DNA from: Eledone cirrhosa
Lineage: Eukaryota
DNA: 64,000 bases
Direction of reading: 5' to 3'
NCBI GenBank assembly: GCA_964016885.1
Contig: OZ024742.1
Coordinates: 228,408,001-228,472,000, forward strand
Shown: positions 37,479-51,281 of the stretch, piece by piece
How positions within the stretch are numbered: position 1 is the stretch's first letter
Layout of the letters: the number at the start of each line of letters is the position of its first letter
Position numbers and translations under genes: made by a program
The notes under the pieces: model-generated
The model's input: the letters and a program-made list of their open reading frames with translations, nothing else
Told to the model about the DNA's origin: nothing
The model's database searches: none

Positions 37479-40400
37479 AGGAGGTTTCTTACCACTAACG
37501 GTGTTCCGTTGCAGAGACGCGGTGGTTCCAGGTTTCTCAACAGCATCACTGGAGCCCCAACTTTGACGCGCAGTTCATGAGGTGGCAGTCCAGAGAGGTC
37601 CAAGGAATTGAGGAATTCTGTTGGAAAATCGTCAACCTCATCTTTGTCCACCACTTTGTCCACAGATTTGTAAGTACGGAGGTTTCCAGGAATGCGCTGC
37701 AGAAGGTCCTCATTGATTTTTGCAATATGGCTCAATCGCATAGCCAACTCGGGTTTTTGTAGTTGGTCGCCATATCGGGAAAGACAGAGGCTGTTAGGTT
37801 GTCAGCAGTGTCGACAACGGTGCCTACTTGCGAGACTGCCATTTCTCCAGCTGCATCTGAAGGTGCAGTGCCGTCACCAACTGTTAAGAGGTCCTTTGAG
37901 AAGTCGGCTGCTAAGTGGTCGCCGAGCAGTTGGGCTCTCATGTTTGTTGTGAGGGTCAGGATTGTCACTTCCTGCCACAGGGGAGATGACTTAATGCAAG
38001 CCCCCACAGTATCGGGTGGTGGTTTTTGGAACAACTGGAAGAGTTTGTCGAAAATCGCCAGACAGCAGTAGAGGTACTCCTCCCATCGGCCGGTTGCATT
38101 CCCTGATGTCTCGTAGGGTCCTGTCTAACGCCTCAAGGGACCCTTTATGGGCCATTGTGCATTCGTCCTACACAATTAGGTGGCATCTTTTCAAGACTTC
38201 AGCTTTGTCAGAGTCCTTGGTGATGTTGCAGGTTATTGTGTCGTCTGAAGTCGTGTTGAATGGTAGTTTAAATGCGGAATGAGCTGTCCTACCTCCGGGC
38301 AGCAGAGTTGCGGCAATGCCAGAAGAAGCCACAGCCAGGGTGATTCCTTTCTGCTGTCGCACTTTGACGAGGAGGAGTTTATTGACGAATATTTTACCAG
38401 TTCCTCCTGGGGCGTCCAAAAAGAAGATACCTCCTCTGCGTTGACGAATGGAAGTGCAAACTGTGTTATACACCTGCCGTTGGTCCTGCAACAATTTCGG
38501 CTCGTTTTCGTTGATGAACAGTTCGAGGGCGTGGACGTCGTAGGCAGTTTCCTGAATTATGCCCGTTGGAAGTTTGTCCGAGCCCGTTCGCTGAACTTTT
38601 GGCAGTCCATAGAATGGAAGGTCATTTCCGCCGGCAGTTAGGATTTTGTCCTCGATGTCAATGAGAGCTTTGTTGAAGAATTCGTCGCTGAGTCGTACGT
38701 CGGAATGAGGGAGTAGCAGTTGTCCTTGGTGTATGTAGTCATCGGAAAGGTCCTCTTTGTATTTGTCCCATAAGGATGCAGGGTCACTTAACTCGCATGT
38801 CTGCAGTAGCACGGCAAAGAGTTGCCGAAGAGTTCGCGCTGAGCGTATTGTAGCTGCCTCCGCCAATGTTGCATCCCACTGAGCGCCATCTTCCTGTAGA
38901 CCCTAAGGCAAGCTGCGCGGAATGAAGTACAAAGCTCTTCGTTGATTGATTTCAGATCGTCGAAAGATGACGGTCCTACCACCTCATGCAGTAGAAGGCG
39001 GAGATAAAAGCATTCCTGTTGGTTAGGATGAATGGTGTACACTCTCCCAAGGGTAGGGGACATTTTAATGTCTGGATGTCCCTCGACGGGTTGTCCTTTC
39101 ACCCTTCTTAACAAAATTCTGTTGTCTGTGTTCTATGTGTAGTATGATGGCACCTGAGAGTAGAAGATGGTATTGGCGAAGGGATCGTTTCGGCATAACT
39201 TAAAAAATGCCGTAAGTGTGGTGTCCTTGGGTTCCTCTGCTATCTTAGCAGCGGTGGAGGCGGTGAAGTAGACTCTTTGACCGTTTTCAAGGTGCACCGC
39301 CAACTGTTTGATTGAGGGGTAGTTATGGTGTATTGCAAAGTGGAAGAATCGCCAGAACACTTCATTGCTGCTGATGTATTGGCCGACCTGGTATCGACTT
39401 ACTTCGTCTCGGTTGTTCTCCATTGTAAGACCAAAGGACGCAGCATCGGACCCCTTATTGATATACTTGCAGACGTACTTTATCGATTTGACGGAGTGGC
39501 AGTATTCAACGTTAATGCGGGTGTTAAACAATTTAAGCAGAAGTGGGCAGTAGGGTACAATCCACCGGTTGTCGACGTGGTGATGTGGTGTTTTCGCAAC
39601 AATTCCTCCGTTCGCTGACTCCCTGCGACGGTATAATGGATAACCGTCGCCACCTGTCCGAGTTTCTCGGAGGAATAGCCTAGGATACCACTTGGTGCAC
39701 CTTCTTTCTTTAATGCATGGAGAATTCATGTTGAAACCGTTTCCGCATGGCCCATGAACCATGTGAGCAGTGTCGATGTTGTGGAGTTCTCTGTCCAATT
39801 TTGGGTCGGGTATTTCTGCTGAAATGATGCTGTCAATGCTGCTTGCGTTGATTTTCGTTATCAGCCAAATGAGTAGGTGAGCGTGTGGCAGGCCTCTCTT
39901 TTGCCACTCAACGGTGTATACGTAGCACCTAACAGGTCCAAAGGCCTTACCTGATTTTAGGAGTTCAATAAGTTTTGTCAACTTCAAGTGGAAGACACGT
40001 GCCGTAAGATCGTGTCTGTCTGACGCCCTTTGTCCGGGGAATAATTCCGCGGTAATTTCATTCCACTTAGGGTTGCATGTTGAAGTGATGAAGAGATCCG
40101 GTCTCCCGTAGAGACGCACGTACGTCATAGCATCCTGTGTGCGTTCACTCATGTATCGGGGACTCCCAATGAAGGTCGAAGAAGGATACAATGTTTTCCT
40201 AGGTTCTCGGGATCGACGTCATTCCTTATTCCATCCCGAAAGTGAATGTAGCTGTCCGAACGAAGGCGTGCTTGATTGTTCCTTATGTAGCACAGCCTTT
40301 CAGATTCCATCTTTGCACACGTGTCTACAGCAAGCTGGTTGAAGAGTACTCTTGCACGGTGGAGTTGGTTAAAGCAGCATTCGCGGACCATGAATCGGTA

Positions 40401-41712
40401 GGTGTAGAATTGCATAGAGGAAACAGTTTTGTTGCTGTTGCACAAAGGAATTCCAAAGTTGTATCCGTCGTCACTGAATGGGAAAAGTAGGGGATATTGG
40501 AATGCGTCGTAGGACCTATGCGTCTCGCTGATCCGTTGCAGACTATTGTCCCTACACTGAAGTATGATGTCCCGCTTGTTGTACTGTTCTCCATGAAGTC
40601 GCATAGCTATTTCATTGCACGTGGGAGTGTTAAAACGTCTGGCGTGGGTGCCTGGTGGTTCCCTGTCAGCGTCGATTATAACAGCAAAATTTGGCAACGG
40701 AGCAACCTCCAATGGGCATTTTAAACTTCGAATGTAGTTGTTGTTTTCGTGCAGCATTCTCTGGAGTTGCAACAGAATTTTCATCTCTGTGCCAGGCGAA
40801 ATTAAAGCGCGTCGTTCCGCTTGGTCCAAATAGTCAGTGACAAAGTATAGCTGTAGGAACTGGGGCTGTCCGTCTGTCGTGGGCAGGCGCGAACCGATTC
40901 TGTGGTAAATTTGTCCTTGAACTTTAAAGGTAGGCATGAAGCCATCCTCGCGTATGCTGTTAGCTCCGAAAGAGGTCATTTGGAAGGCAGCGTTGTATCT
41001 CCTGGAACATCGAAGGAAGTGTTCCGACTCCGCTGTGGCACCGGTCAGTAGAGACTTCAAAGATTGTGGTGGTTCCTGTAGAGAAGGCAGTTTCACTTTG
41101 CCGTCAGAGCAGCACATCCCTGAAGTCTCCCCAGGCCATTTTTTTGCCCGACAATATTGGCAAATGACAGACATGGATCCAATCTGAACTTCTGGCATCA
41201 GTGCATAGTTTACTGTTGGGTCATAGTGGAAAGTCTTATGGGACCACTGAGTGCAACTGATCCTCTGTGTACCTCGTTTAGCACTCCTGCGGAGTGCGTT
41301 GGCGTTTAGCCTTTGTAATTGAATTTGCGCAGTCTCTGATGCGCGAACGGAAGCTGTTGAAGCGGCGTCCGTACGTTGACGTCTGGAACGCTGCCCTTCG
41401 TCCTCGGCAGCACGTGACGCAGCAGTTGAGGCGGCATCTCTTCGTCGTCGACTGTAACGGTGTTCTTCGTCCTCACCGTTCCGTGCCGCAGCGGTGGAGG
41501 CCGCATTTTTGCTTCGTCGTTACAAATGCATTTCCGGAAAGGCGGATGCTCCTCTTTTTTTCTGTCTCGGTTGCCCGGGTACTTGCATTTCGAGTTGCAT
41601 TTTGTGACAACCGAGTCAATTTTTCTACGGACAACTCTCTAGCTCTTCTTCGTTTGGCAGCAGAAGCAGCTTTAGTTTGGCGACTAAGTCGTGGTCTTTT
41701 TTGGGGTGGCAT
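37479..41712 (-). pseudogene. Helitron Rep/PIF1 helicase pseudogene
   Basis: Consecutive fragments 41712-41473, 41198-40149, 40191-39133, 39114-38788, 38866-38168, 38034-37732 and 37747-37479. Confidence 0.9.
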
Positions 41713-42363
41713 GACCGTAGATTCAAAGAATGTGTTTGGTAGCGAACATTTTCAAATGAACTTTGAATTAGTTTAAAGTGGGTACTATATTGTAGCAGGA
41801 CCGAACACGTAAATATTTATGCAGGTAATGGAGCATGAAAGGGGGAGTAGCCCAAACTTTCAATTGAACGGTGAGTAAGTGGAAAGTGAGTACTAAGTAA
41901 GATCTATGAAGAATGCACGTCAAATAATAGATCAAACCTGTAAGCCAAGCCTGTCCGAGTTATTGCACAAAAGAGCGTAAACAGGGGCGTTATTTTGGAG
42001 CACACTGGAAAATAAATCATCGAAATCGGACGTTCGCTAAAAAAGTTTTCTCATTAATTTTTTGTCTCATATTGAGAAAAACAAAGAAAGAAAAATTACA
42101 AAAAGGACAACAATAAAATATAATGTCTTTGTTGAGATTCAAGTAAATGAACGCTTAAGCGTCGTTATTGTTACGTTTGTTGTTTTATAAATTCATCTGT
42201 TGCTTTTGAATATTTGTTATTTGATGTAAAATGTAACGTTGAGAGAGCAGTATGTATTTAGTGTTATCGGCTTTTTAAATTTTGATATTTGATGTATGAC
42301 GAACGAAGAGGGTGAATGATCTATTATAGAGAGAGCAGATTTGTCGTTGTTCTAAACTGTAAT

Positions 42364-42560
42364 GGAGACGGAGGCAGTAACCTTTTAAAGAGAGTTGCAG
42401 AGGAGATTGAGGGTAGTGAGAGGAATGAAGCGTGTAAGAGAGAGGGTTATCAAAGTTTGTGTCGCGTTCCTTCAGAGACGGAGGCAGTAACCTTTTAAAG
42501 ACAGTTGCGGAGGAGATTGAGGATAGTGAGAGGAATGAAGCGTGTAAGAGCGAGGGTTAC
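42364..42560. repeat. ~110-bp tandem duplication in the Helitron 5' region
   Basis: GAGACGGAGGCAGTAACCTTTTAAAG...GAGGGTTA occurs twice. Confidence 0.85.
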
Positions 42561-42764
42561 AGCATGTATTTAGTTTTATCGATTTCTTTTCATAGAAGCA
42601 GGACATTTGTGGCAAAAGTAATTACGCGTTGACCTGCACTGGTAAATTTGGAGCACATTGGAAAAAAAATCATCAAAATCGGTAGAGAAATGTGGAAATG
42701 CATAACAATCATACACACACACAGACAGACATCTACCGTTTTATATATATATATATATATACAC

Positions 42765-42956
42765 AAATGGCTTCTACAGGTCTAGAACTGTTTCATTCTT
42801 TTGAAATCTTCAGGTAATCCTGAAGATTTCATACGAATGAAACATTTCTAGTCCTGTAGAATCCATTTCGATATTAAATAATGATGTTAACACTCTACTA
42901 ATGTATTGAGTACCTTTTAAACTGTGGCTACCCACGATTTCACTTGGGATCTACTT
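42765..42956. mobile_element. Fold-back Penelope-type terminal fragment with hammerhead cores on both strands
   Basis: Inverted arms at 42765-42814 and 42819-42868. Core CTGAAGA-TTTCATACGAAT-GAAAC..CTGTA at 42820. Flanked by (TA)n. Confidence 0.7.
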
Positions 42957-43129
42957 ATATATATATATATATTTATACAGGGCCGGATTTAATGGGGGAC
43001 AAAGGGGGAAATTGCCCTCACTCCAGCGAGAAGCCCCCAACAGGAACGGTCGTACCAATTTATTTGTGTCCCCTGCTGGGCTTTCTAGTTTTATCTCTTT
43101 GAAAACAAGAACTATATCTTTTCTTCTTC

Positions 43130-45030
43130 TTCGCCCTCTTATACCGTGGGGGCAAAGTCCTCAAACACTCCTTCCAGCGGGACCTGTCAGAAGCAGCCGT
43201 CTCCTAGTGATCCGGCTAGATCCCCAAGCGAGACCAGCCAAGCTCATGGATGTTATCCAACCTTCTTGCTCGAGGTCTACCCCTGAGTCTTCTGCCGGTT
43301 GGTTTTGCTCGTAAAATTTATTTTGCGATTCTTTCCTGAGACATTCTAACCACATGTCCATAGTATCGGAGCGGTGGTCTCTCAGTTCGGAGAAGTAGGG
43401 GCTCTACCTGGAGTGACTCTCTGATCTCCGAGCAATACACTCTATCGAGTAACGTTACTCCTAAGACCCTTCGGGGGAGCCCCATTTTGGCTGCTTGTAT
43501 TCGCGATCGTATTCTTTCGGTCATTACCCAAGATTCACGACCATAGGTAAGGATAGCGAGTTAGGCTTTTACGCCTCTCTCACTTCTTCTGATCACCGAA
43601 TGCTGAAGCTGGCGCATTACTGCACCAGCTCCTGCAATTCTTGCATTTAATTCAGCCCCTGCCTTCCATCACTCGTGAACACGGCACCGAGATACCTTAA
43701 CTTCGCTACCTGCTTCAGTAGAACTCCAATCACATGTAGAGTGCACAGCGCAGGCTTCCTTGAGAGAATGAGTGTCTCAGTTTTCGCAGCACTGATTTTC
43801 ATTCCAGCCATGCAGCACTTTGCATCAAACCTCTTGAGTGGAGATCACTTTCTGTCGAGTTAAGTAACACCACGTCATCTGCATATTCCAGCCGACTGAT
43901 TTTACACCCACCAGTAATGACACTACTTCCAACCTGGCTGCGCATGTTAATCCTGTCAGTGTAAATAATGATTTCTTATATAGGCACAAGGCCAGTAATT
44001 TGGGGAGGGGGAAGTCGATTAAATCGACCCCAGTATGTTACTGGTACTTTATTTTATCGACTCCGTAAGGATGAAAGGCAAAGTTAACCTCGCCGGGATT
44101 TGTCGGTGTAAATAATGATTTCTATTATGCACTGGGTAATTGCTGGCCTTGTGCCTAAAGTAGAAACAATTATTATCATTATTATCACTATTATCATTAT
44201 TATCATTCAAGGGCGGTGGATTGGCAGTATCGGTAGAGGGTCGGACGCCATGCTTTGCAGCATAGTTACGTCCCTTTACGGACTGAGTTCAAATCCCGCC
44301 GAGGTTAACTTTGCCTTTCATCCTTACGGGGTCGATAAAATAAAGTACCAGTAATGCACTGGCCTTGTGCCAAAAGTAGAAATAATTATTATCATTCATT
44401 ATAGGTGGTGGATTGGAAGTATCGGTAGAGGGTCGGACGCCATGCTTTGACGCATAGAGTTAAGGCCCTTGCCATTCTGAGTTCAAATCCCGCCGAAGTT
44501 AACTTTGTCTTTCATCCTTACGGGGTCGATAAAATGAAGTACCAGTAATGCACTGGATAATTGCTGGCCTTGTGCCAAAAGTAGAAATAATTATTTTTTG
44601 ATTTCTATTATTGTCGGTGTAATAATGAACAGAAAAAGTGACAGTACGCACCGTTGGTGGAGTCCGATACCCACTTTGAATGGTTTCAATTTAGCACCAT
44701 TTATCTGAACACAAATACTCGGGCATTCGTATAGAGACATCAGGGTAGAAAGAAGCTTACCATCGATCTCATATTCATGCACAGCCTTCCACAGCAGGTT
44801 CCGAGGAACGCGGTCATATGCCTTTTCAAGATCGACAAAACAAGAATATACCTTTTGGCAATACTCCCACGATTTCTCGAAGACTTGCCGCAGTGTGAAT
44901 ATTTGGTCGGCTGTGCTGCGTCCAGGCCTAAAACCACACTGTTCGTCAGCTAGCTTGAACTCAACAATCTCCCTGCATCTCTTTGCTAGACACTTAGCAT
45001 ATACTTTACCAGGGCGGCTTAACAAAAAGT
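43130..45030 (-). mobile_element. RTE-clade LINE relic split by a SINE cluster
   Basis: GFRPGRSTADQIFTLRQ, FVDLEKAYDRVPR, YADD (~43875), RIQAAKM..RRVLGVTLLDRV and YGHVVRM. Confidence 0.85.
43969..44590. mobile_element. Nested SINE cluster (one minus copy, one plus tail, two plus copies)
   Basis: Minus copy at 43969-44101; plus copies at 44128-44168, 44209-44385 and 44403-44590. The target TGTCRGTGTA(A)ATAATGA recurs at 43954, 44101 and 44612. Confidence 0.85.
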
Positions 45031-45514
45031 ATTTATTGTCCTTACTGTGGCCAAATTCATCAAATTTCTCAACATGTAACAAAAGTATTTGATGTCGCTG
45101 TGTAAAGTGATTGTGCTGGCATCGCTAAAATAATGCACCCAATAAACACTCTAAAGTGGTTATGCTAGCAAGGTCATCCAGCCATAGGAACCATTCCAAA
45201 TATGTAAAGATTGGGCAAGATGAGGTCGCTTCGATATGTTTGGTCTTGGATTGCAACAATCTGTCCATCATACAACAGTGTGGAAAGTGGACGTAAAATA
45301 AGGGCGGTTAGACTTTTTGAATTTAATACCTGCATGCATAACTTTTCAATTCCAATTATTTGCGCCAGCCGACTTTGATGTGTAAAATTGGGGGTTTGGT
45401 GTGTATTCTAATTGTTTGCGTGTGAGGGGCACCCTCAAATCTGAAGTGTTCCAGGCCCTGCTGGGATAAATCCAGTCCTGTGTATATATATATATTTATA
45501 TTTAATATAGAAAT

Positions 45515-45566
45515 AGCTTCTACAGGACTAGAACTGTTTCATGCGGGAGAAATCATCGGAAAGCCG
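45515..45566 (-). ncRNA. Type I hammerhead-like motif (core variant CCGAUGA)
   Basis: GGCTTT-CCGATGA-TTTCTCCCGCAT-GAA-ACAG-TTCTAGTC-CTGT-A-GAAGCT. Stems I and III pair and the cleavage triplet is GUA; the core carries one mutation. Confidence 0.6.
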
Positions 45567-45631
45567 ACTGCCCAAGTAATATAGTGGCATTTATACCTTT
45601 TCTGGTGGTAGGAGAGGATGGTGATTGGAAT

Positions 45632-45758
<127 letters not shown>

Positions 45759-45859
45759 CAAAAGATGTCAACATGAATGAATCTGTTATTTTTTATCTAA
45801 AGACATTTTTTCCAATTCCAACCCGCCCGTCCCCTCAATCTATTTTATTTCTCATTCTT

Positions 45860-45895
45860 TCTTCCGATGAAGGACTAGCGTCCGAAAAGTTAAGA
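45860..45895 (+). ncRNA. Degenerate minimal hammerhead motif in a Penelope-type terminal repeat
   Basis: TCTT-CCGATGA-A-GGAC-TAGC-GTCC-GAAAAGTT-AAGA. The downstream tail recurs inverted at ~47400-47441. Confidence 0.45.
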
Positions 45896-45976
45896 CCCTC
45901 TTCCTGCTATATCAAGCGTTAACCTAATATATACCATCCATATACTGTACCGATTGTGTTGTTATTTCTGTTTACC

Positions 45977-46154
<178 letters not shown>

Positions 46155-46155
46155 G

Positions 46156-46309
<154 letters not shown>

Positions 46310-46311
46310 CA

Positions 46312-46618
46312 TACAGGCAAACGGCTGAAAAGTTCATAGGCTAACCAAGATACTCTCATGGAATGATCAAATGAAGTTTATTTTTCGACACAAACCTCAT
46401 TTGAAGAGTTGAAATTAATGCATGTAAGATTTCACAGCTCTAGCATCATTCCTTTATAGTCAGCCTATGAACTATTTTGACCACACTCGTAAATATAACC
46501 ATAACCCCAACTCCTCGTATTAATAACTGCATTGTTTTTTTTCCAGGGACTGTTGAAAAATAAATTTCATTTGATCATTTTATGCGAGTATCTTGGTCAT
46601 TCTATGAACTTTTCAGCA
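46312..46618. mobile_element. Mariner-type MITE remnants
   Basis: GCTGAAAAGTTCATAGGCT..., with inverted counterparts at ~46460-46491 and 46555-46618. Confidence 0.5.
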
Positions 46619-47154
46619 AAATATGACTATTTCTGAAACCCCACATTCAAAGTATTATGTACGCACTTATTTCGTTTCGTTTTGTATTGTATATTTGCAA
46701 TTTGCACGAATATATAAAACAAAATTATGAGCATCTGCAAATCTTTTATGTTCCCTATATCATGTGGTAGGCGGCGAAGTGGTAATGCCGTTAGAACGTC
46801 GGATAGAATGCTTTATGGTATTTTCTCTGGCTCTCTACTTTCTAAGTTCAAATCCTGCCATCATTTCAAAGTCGATAAAAAAAGTACCAGTCTAATACTG
46901 GGGTTGATTCTTCCTCTATATCTCTTTCTCATTTCCTCTCTCTCACTTTCTATCTTTCTCTGGAAGAAATCTGTTGTATTTAGACCTGGAGAGGGATGGG
47001 CTCCCCCAGGCTTAAAAATGCCCAAGAAACACCGTATGTCAATATGGCGGCGCCACGACTTTATAATGAGGACCATACATACATTACATATCATGTGATT
47101 TGTACAGAATCCTTGATTTTCTAACGTATTTATTTTGTATCAGTGTGCATTTCT

Positions 47155-47188
<34 letters not shown>

Positions 47189-47190
<2 letters not shown>

Positions 47191-47382
47191 CGAAGGAAAT
47201 GTGGTAAGGAACCAGGTGGACCATAACGCACCAAAGTACTCAATACTTAGGGTAGTAGAGTAGGTAATAGGAACGAGTAGGACCCCGACGGCTGAGCTCA
47301 AGCCGTTTCGACAGCTAATTCTGGACAGAATTAGCCGTCGAAACGGCTTGAGCTCAGCCGTCGGGGTCCTACTCGTTCCTAT
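47189..47382. mobile_element. Fold-back element in (TA)n with a hammerhead 3' half
   Basis: Near-perfect inverted repeat at 47267-47382, axis at 47324-47325. Contains GAA-ACGGCT-TGAGCTC-AGCCGT-C-GGGGTC. A sister copy lies at 51282-51465. Confidence 0.75.
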
Positions 47383-47440
47383 ATATATATATATATATGT
47401 AAAAGGTAAACAGAAATAACAACACAATCGGTACAGTATA

Positions 47441-47520
<80 letters not shown>

Positions 47521-47773
47521 CGGGTAAAACTCCCAAGATCCATGGACGAGTTCTCTCCAAGGTCTCTGTCCTTCATCAACGCCGCCATGTCCCGAGTCTA
47601 CCAGAGACCAGTGTCTCCTTAGAGCATCAACATATGTCAACTTCGGTCACCTTCTTCTAGTGTGTCCGTGTAGGGGCTCCCACAGGAGCACTGAGTGCAG
47701 TGTCAACTCTGAATGTCGGTGAGCATGTCCAGCTAACCTCAGTATATATTCATTTTGTAACTGTGTGCATTTA

Positions 47774-47823
<50 letters not shown>

Positions 47824-47979
47824 TTAGAAACACACAGATACATGCGGACACACACATATAAATGAATGCATCCGCACCCAACCGTGAGTTAAGGGTGCCA
47901 ACTTCACCGATGTTGCTCAATGAATGACTGGGACAGACCAATCCGGTTGAACTAGACTGAACCAGTATCAGAGTTAAAA

Positions 47980-48337
47980 ATACATTATGAAGAGAGAAGA
48001 AACATTTAGATATAATTAGTAATAAAATGTGTCATACCTAAACTGCTCCTAAATTCCTCGACTACGTAGTTTCGTGGCATAAACAAAAACAATACATCAT
48101 AAAGATATAGAGTCCTTGCGAGGTCTGCCGACTTATCAAGAGGATACCTCATTTTACTAGTCTCAAGAACGCGTCTACACGACGTGAGAAAGAATCCCAT
48201 AGGACTCTATATCTTTATGATGTATTGTTTTTGTTTATGCCACGAAACTACGTAGTCGAGGAATCTAGGAGCAGTTTAGGTATGACACATTTTATAACTA
48301 ATTATATCTAAATGTTTCTTCTCTCTTCATAATGTAT
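47980..48337. repeat. ~137-bp inverted repeat with an 84-bp spacer
   Basis: Arms at 47980-48116 and 48201-48337. They contain GAA-ACTACGTAGT-C, a palindromic stem-III-like segment. Confidence 0.85.
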
Positions 48338-48427
48338 ATATATATATATATATACATAGACACACGCCAGGAGCACACACACCCACACACACATACACAC
48401 GCACACACACACATACACACACCCACA

Positions 48428-48462
<35 letters not shown>

Positions 48463-48586
48463 ACGGGTTCAATGTTGCATTATAAGGTCAAGAGAGTGTT
48501 ATGTTCCACATGTAAGTATAGTTTTGCAGTCAATTTAGCCATGACACATGCCATTCCGTACAAAAGTTCCTCCCTATGGTTTGTTT

Positions 48587-48659
<73 letters not shown>

Positions 48660-48675
48660 TATATACGTACGTATA

Positions 48676-48741
<66 letters not shown>

Positions 48742-48816
48742 TACATACACGTATGTATATACATATGCATATATATATCTGTATAAATATATATGAATAT
48801 ACACACATATATAAAT

Positions 48817-48863
<47 letters not shown>

Positions 48864-49016
48864 AGTGTGTGTGTGCGTGTGTGTGTGTGTGTTTGTGAGT
48901 GTATATGCGTACGTATATATATGTATATATATATATACATACACGTATGTATATACATATGCATATATATATATCTGTATAAATATATATATGAATATAC
49001 ACACATATATAAATAA

Positions 49017-49096
<80 letters not shown>

Positions 49097-49209
49097 GTAC
49101 ATATATATATATATATATATAGTGAAAAATTGAACGGGAACAAAACAGAGAGGTAGTACGAACAAAGGTTTATTAGTTTTACGCTCTTGAGAGTGGAGTG
49201 GTGGTGGGG

Positions 49210-49243
49210 AACGACGTTTCGGGCATACGCCCTTCTTCAGGCG
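49210..49243 (-). ncRNA. Minimal hammerhead motif in a Penelope-type terminal fragment (49122-49345)
   Basis: CTGAAGA-A-GGGC-GTAT-GCCC-GAA-ACGT-C with a weak stem I, a downstream AATAAA and (TA)n flanks. Confidence 0.6.
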
Positions 49244-49341
49244 AAAAGTGTGTGGGAAGAGAGTTCCAAGGGTGTGTGGGGGAGTGGGGGAGAGACATTT
49301 ACAAAAAAGGGGGTGAGAGGAAACAGTACAAATGAAAATAA

Positions 49342-49397
<56 letters not shown>

Positions 49398-49712
49398 GCA
49401 CATTTTATATAGCAAAATAATCAGTCGTTAAAGTGTTGCTCCAGTGTAACCCAATTTTCACATGTTTAAGTGTGCAAGTTGCCTGGAAACAATATTTACA
49501 TTAAAATTTATTGGTGGGTCAATTCATTCACGTTTTAATACCTACTTTGTTTGATTAGATATGGTGATAAAAGACACGGGTTCAATCCCTGATGATTTCA
49601 AATGAACGAAACAATTCTAATCCCGTAGAAGTAATTTCTATATGAATTAAATCGTATATCTTCTAAAATATTGAATACCTTATTTAACTGTTGTTCGCTT
49701 CTAATCCTCTTC

Positions 49713-49805
<93 letters not shown>

Positions 49806-49948
49806 CATATTTATTAAAATAACAGATTAAAGTTTAAGCAAAGAATCGCTGCTTTCACCTTTAACGGGATCTTCGGTTCTTACATATTTGATATATATTT
49901 ATCCTTATCGAGCCCTCTTTGGATTTTAGTCTTCAAATTTATTATTAT

Positions 49949-50015
<67 letters not shown>

Positions 50016-50018
<3 letters not shown>

Positions 50019-51265
50019 GTGGAACACTGGAAGGTAATATCCGTAGTGGTAGAGCACTCAGTCCATGGACGAGTTAGGTAGAAGTGGTTACACAACAGTT
50101 AGTTCACCATACCGAGAACAATTGTTTCACCTTAGCGGATCCTCAGCTCGAAATGGGCATGGTTATAGGAACAGGAAAGACAACCGTACGAACGCGCATG
50201 CGCAGAAACCCGGTCACTTCACACAGGCAATACTAGACTGCGTGCGAGAGGTGTAGGGGAGATAACTGCGAAATTCCGAAAAGTCTTTAGGTTGAAAATA
50301 AAATTACAAAGAATCAGTCCGGAGCCTTGTAGTTATGCAATAGGTGTTTGGCGACGTGTGGACAACGTGTGAAAAATTCATTTCTCGTGTTTAGGCAATC
50401 ACTATTGCGTAATCTCTTTAGAATAGTTATTCGTTCGGCAATACATAAGCCACACGTCGGATTTCCCCTTGCGTATGGCTTGGACTTAGTGATGGCTTTC
50501 CATTGAATGGAGTAGTCTGTACTTGAGTCCTTGATTGACCATACGTGGCTCGTGAGTTTCGTGGACGAACGTCTATCCGGATACCTGAAGGTAGACTGGT
50601 GGTTCAGGAAACGTTCCTTAAATCGACCCTCCGTCATGCCCACATAGGATTTGACCTCCTGTGGTTCGTTTGGTCAGTTGGAAGTGACCACAGCTTCATA
50701 AATTACAGCTGGTGTGTTGCATTGCTGTTGAAGGGGGCAAGCTTCAGGCTTACGGCAAGATCACCCTGGTGGGGTGTTGCTCCTAGGGCTGCTGGTGATG
50801 TGGGCCTTCATGTTCTTAGCGCAGGAGTATCCTAGTTTAACTTTGTGTCAGTTAAAGATGGAGCGGTATTTATGACCTATGGGAAAGTGTCTATCTAAGA
50901 GGGCTAGACATTTTTTCCTACATTGGTTTTAACGTTGAATGAGAAGGGAGGAGAGAACCAGATAGTTTGTCTATTGTTACACTTTCTTTTCTTAATGGTG
51001 TTGTTGCTAGTGGGAGAGTAAGTGACAGGTTGTGAGAAGCCGCTGTTAGCCAACGCAATGTTATATTAGGGTGCCGCCCTGTCAAAGATAGCCTTACTAG
51101 AGGAGAGGTTTGAGATTCTAGTACTGATATTCTTAACGAAGTTTCTAAAAACAGTGGGAGGATGGCATGAGTCCTTGTGAATGTAATTGAGTTTCTCGTT
51201 TAGCTTATGGAAGGGTCTGTTGGTGTGTGTGCGAAGGTCTAAATTAATGTCTAAGAAATCTACTT
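50016..51265 (-). mobile_element. 5'-truncated Penelope-like element (Naiad-like), inserted in (TA)n
   Basis: RT thumb region VDFLDINLDL..YIHKDSCHPP, then IWFSPPFS, YSC, a (C)xCx5Cx5C motif, and a GIY-YIG endonuclease (VIY..YVG..FKERF..H) with CGLC and LN.RNE...CPH. Several stops are present. Confidence 0.88.
50112..50151 (-). ncRNA. Hammerhead ribozyme motif in the 3' region of the Penelope element
   Basis: TCGAG-CTGAGGA-T-CC-GCTAA-GG-T-GAA-ACAATTGT-T-CTCGG: 5-bp stem I, palindromic stem III, GUU triplet. Confidence 0.7.
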
Positions 51266-51281
51266 CTATATATATATATAT

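Larger units (their letters stand above)
37479..42760 (-). mobile_element. Helitron (RepHel), frameshifted, 3' end lost
   Basis: Contains the CQYC..MCC zinc motif, GRPDLFIT, EWQKRGLPHAH (HUH), KYVCKYINKG, DAPGGTGK and GLPPHELRVKVGAPVMLLRNL. The 5' end reads TATATATAAAACGGTAG near 42750. Confidence 0.95.
42978..45480. mobile_element. Putative hAT-type non-autonomous element carrying nested RTE and SINE insertions
   Basis: TIRs CAGGGCCGGATTTA and TAAATCCAGTCCTG (12/14 match). The 8-bp flanks TATTTATA and TGTATATA match imperfectly. Confidence 0.5.
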
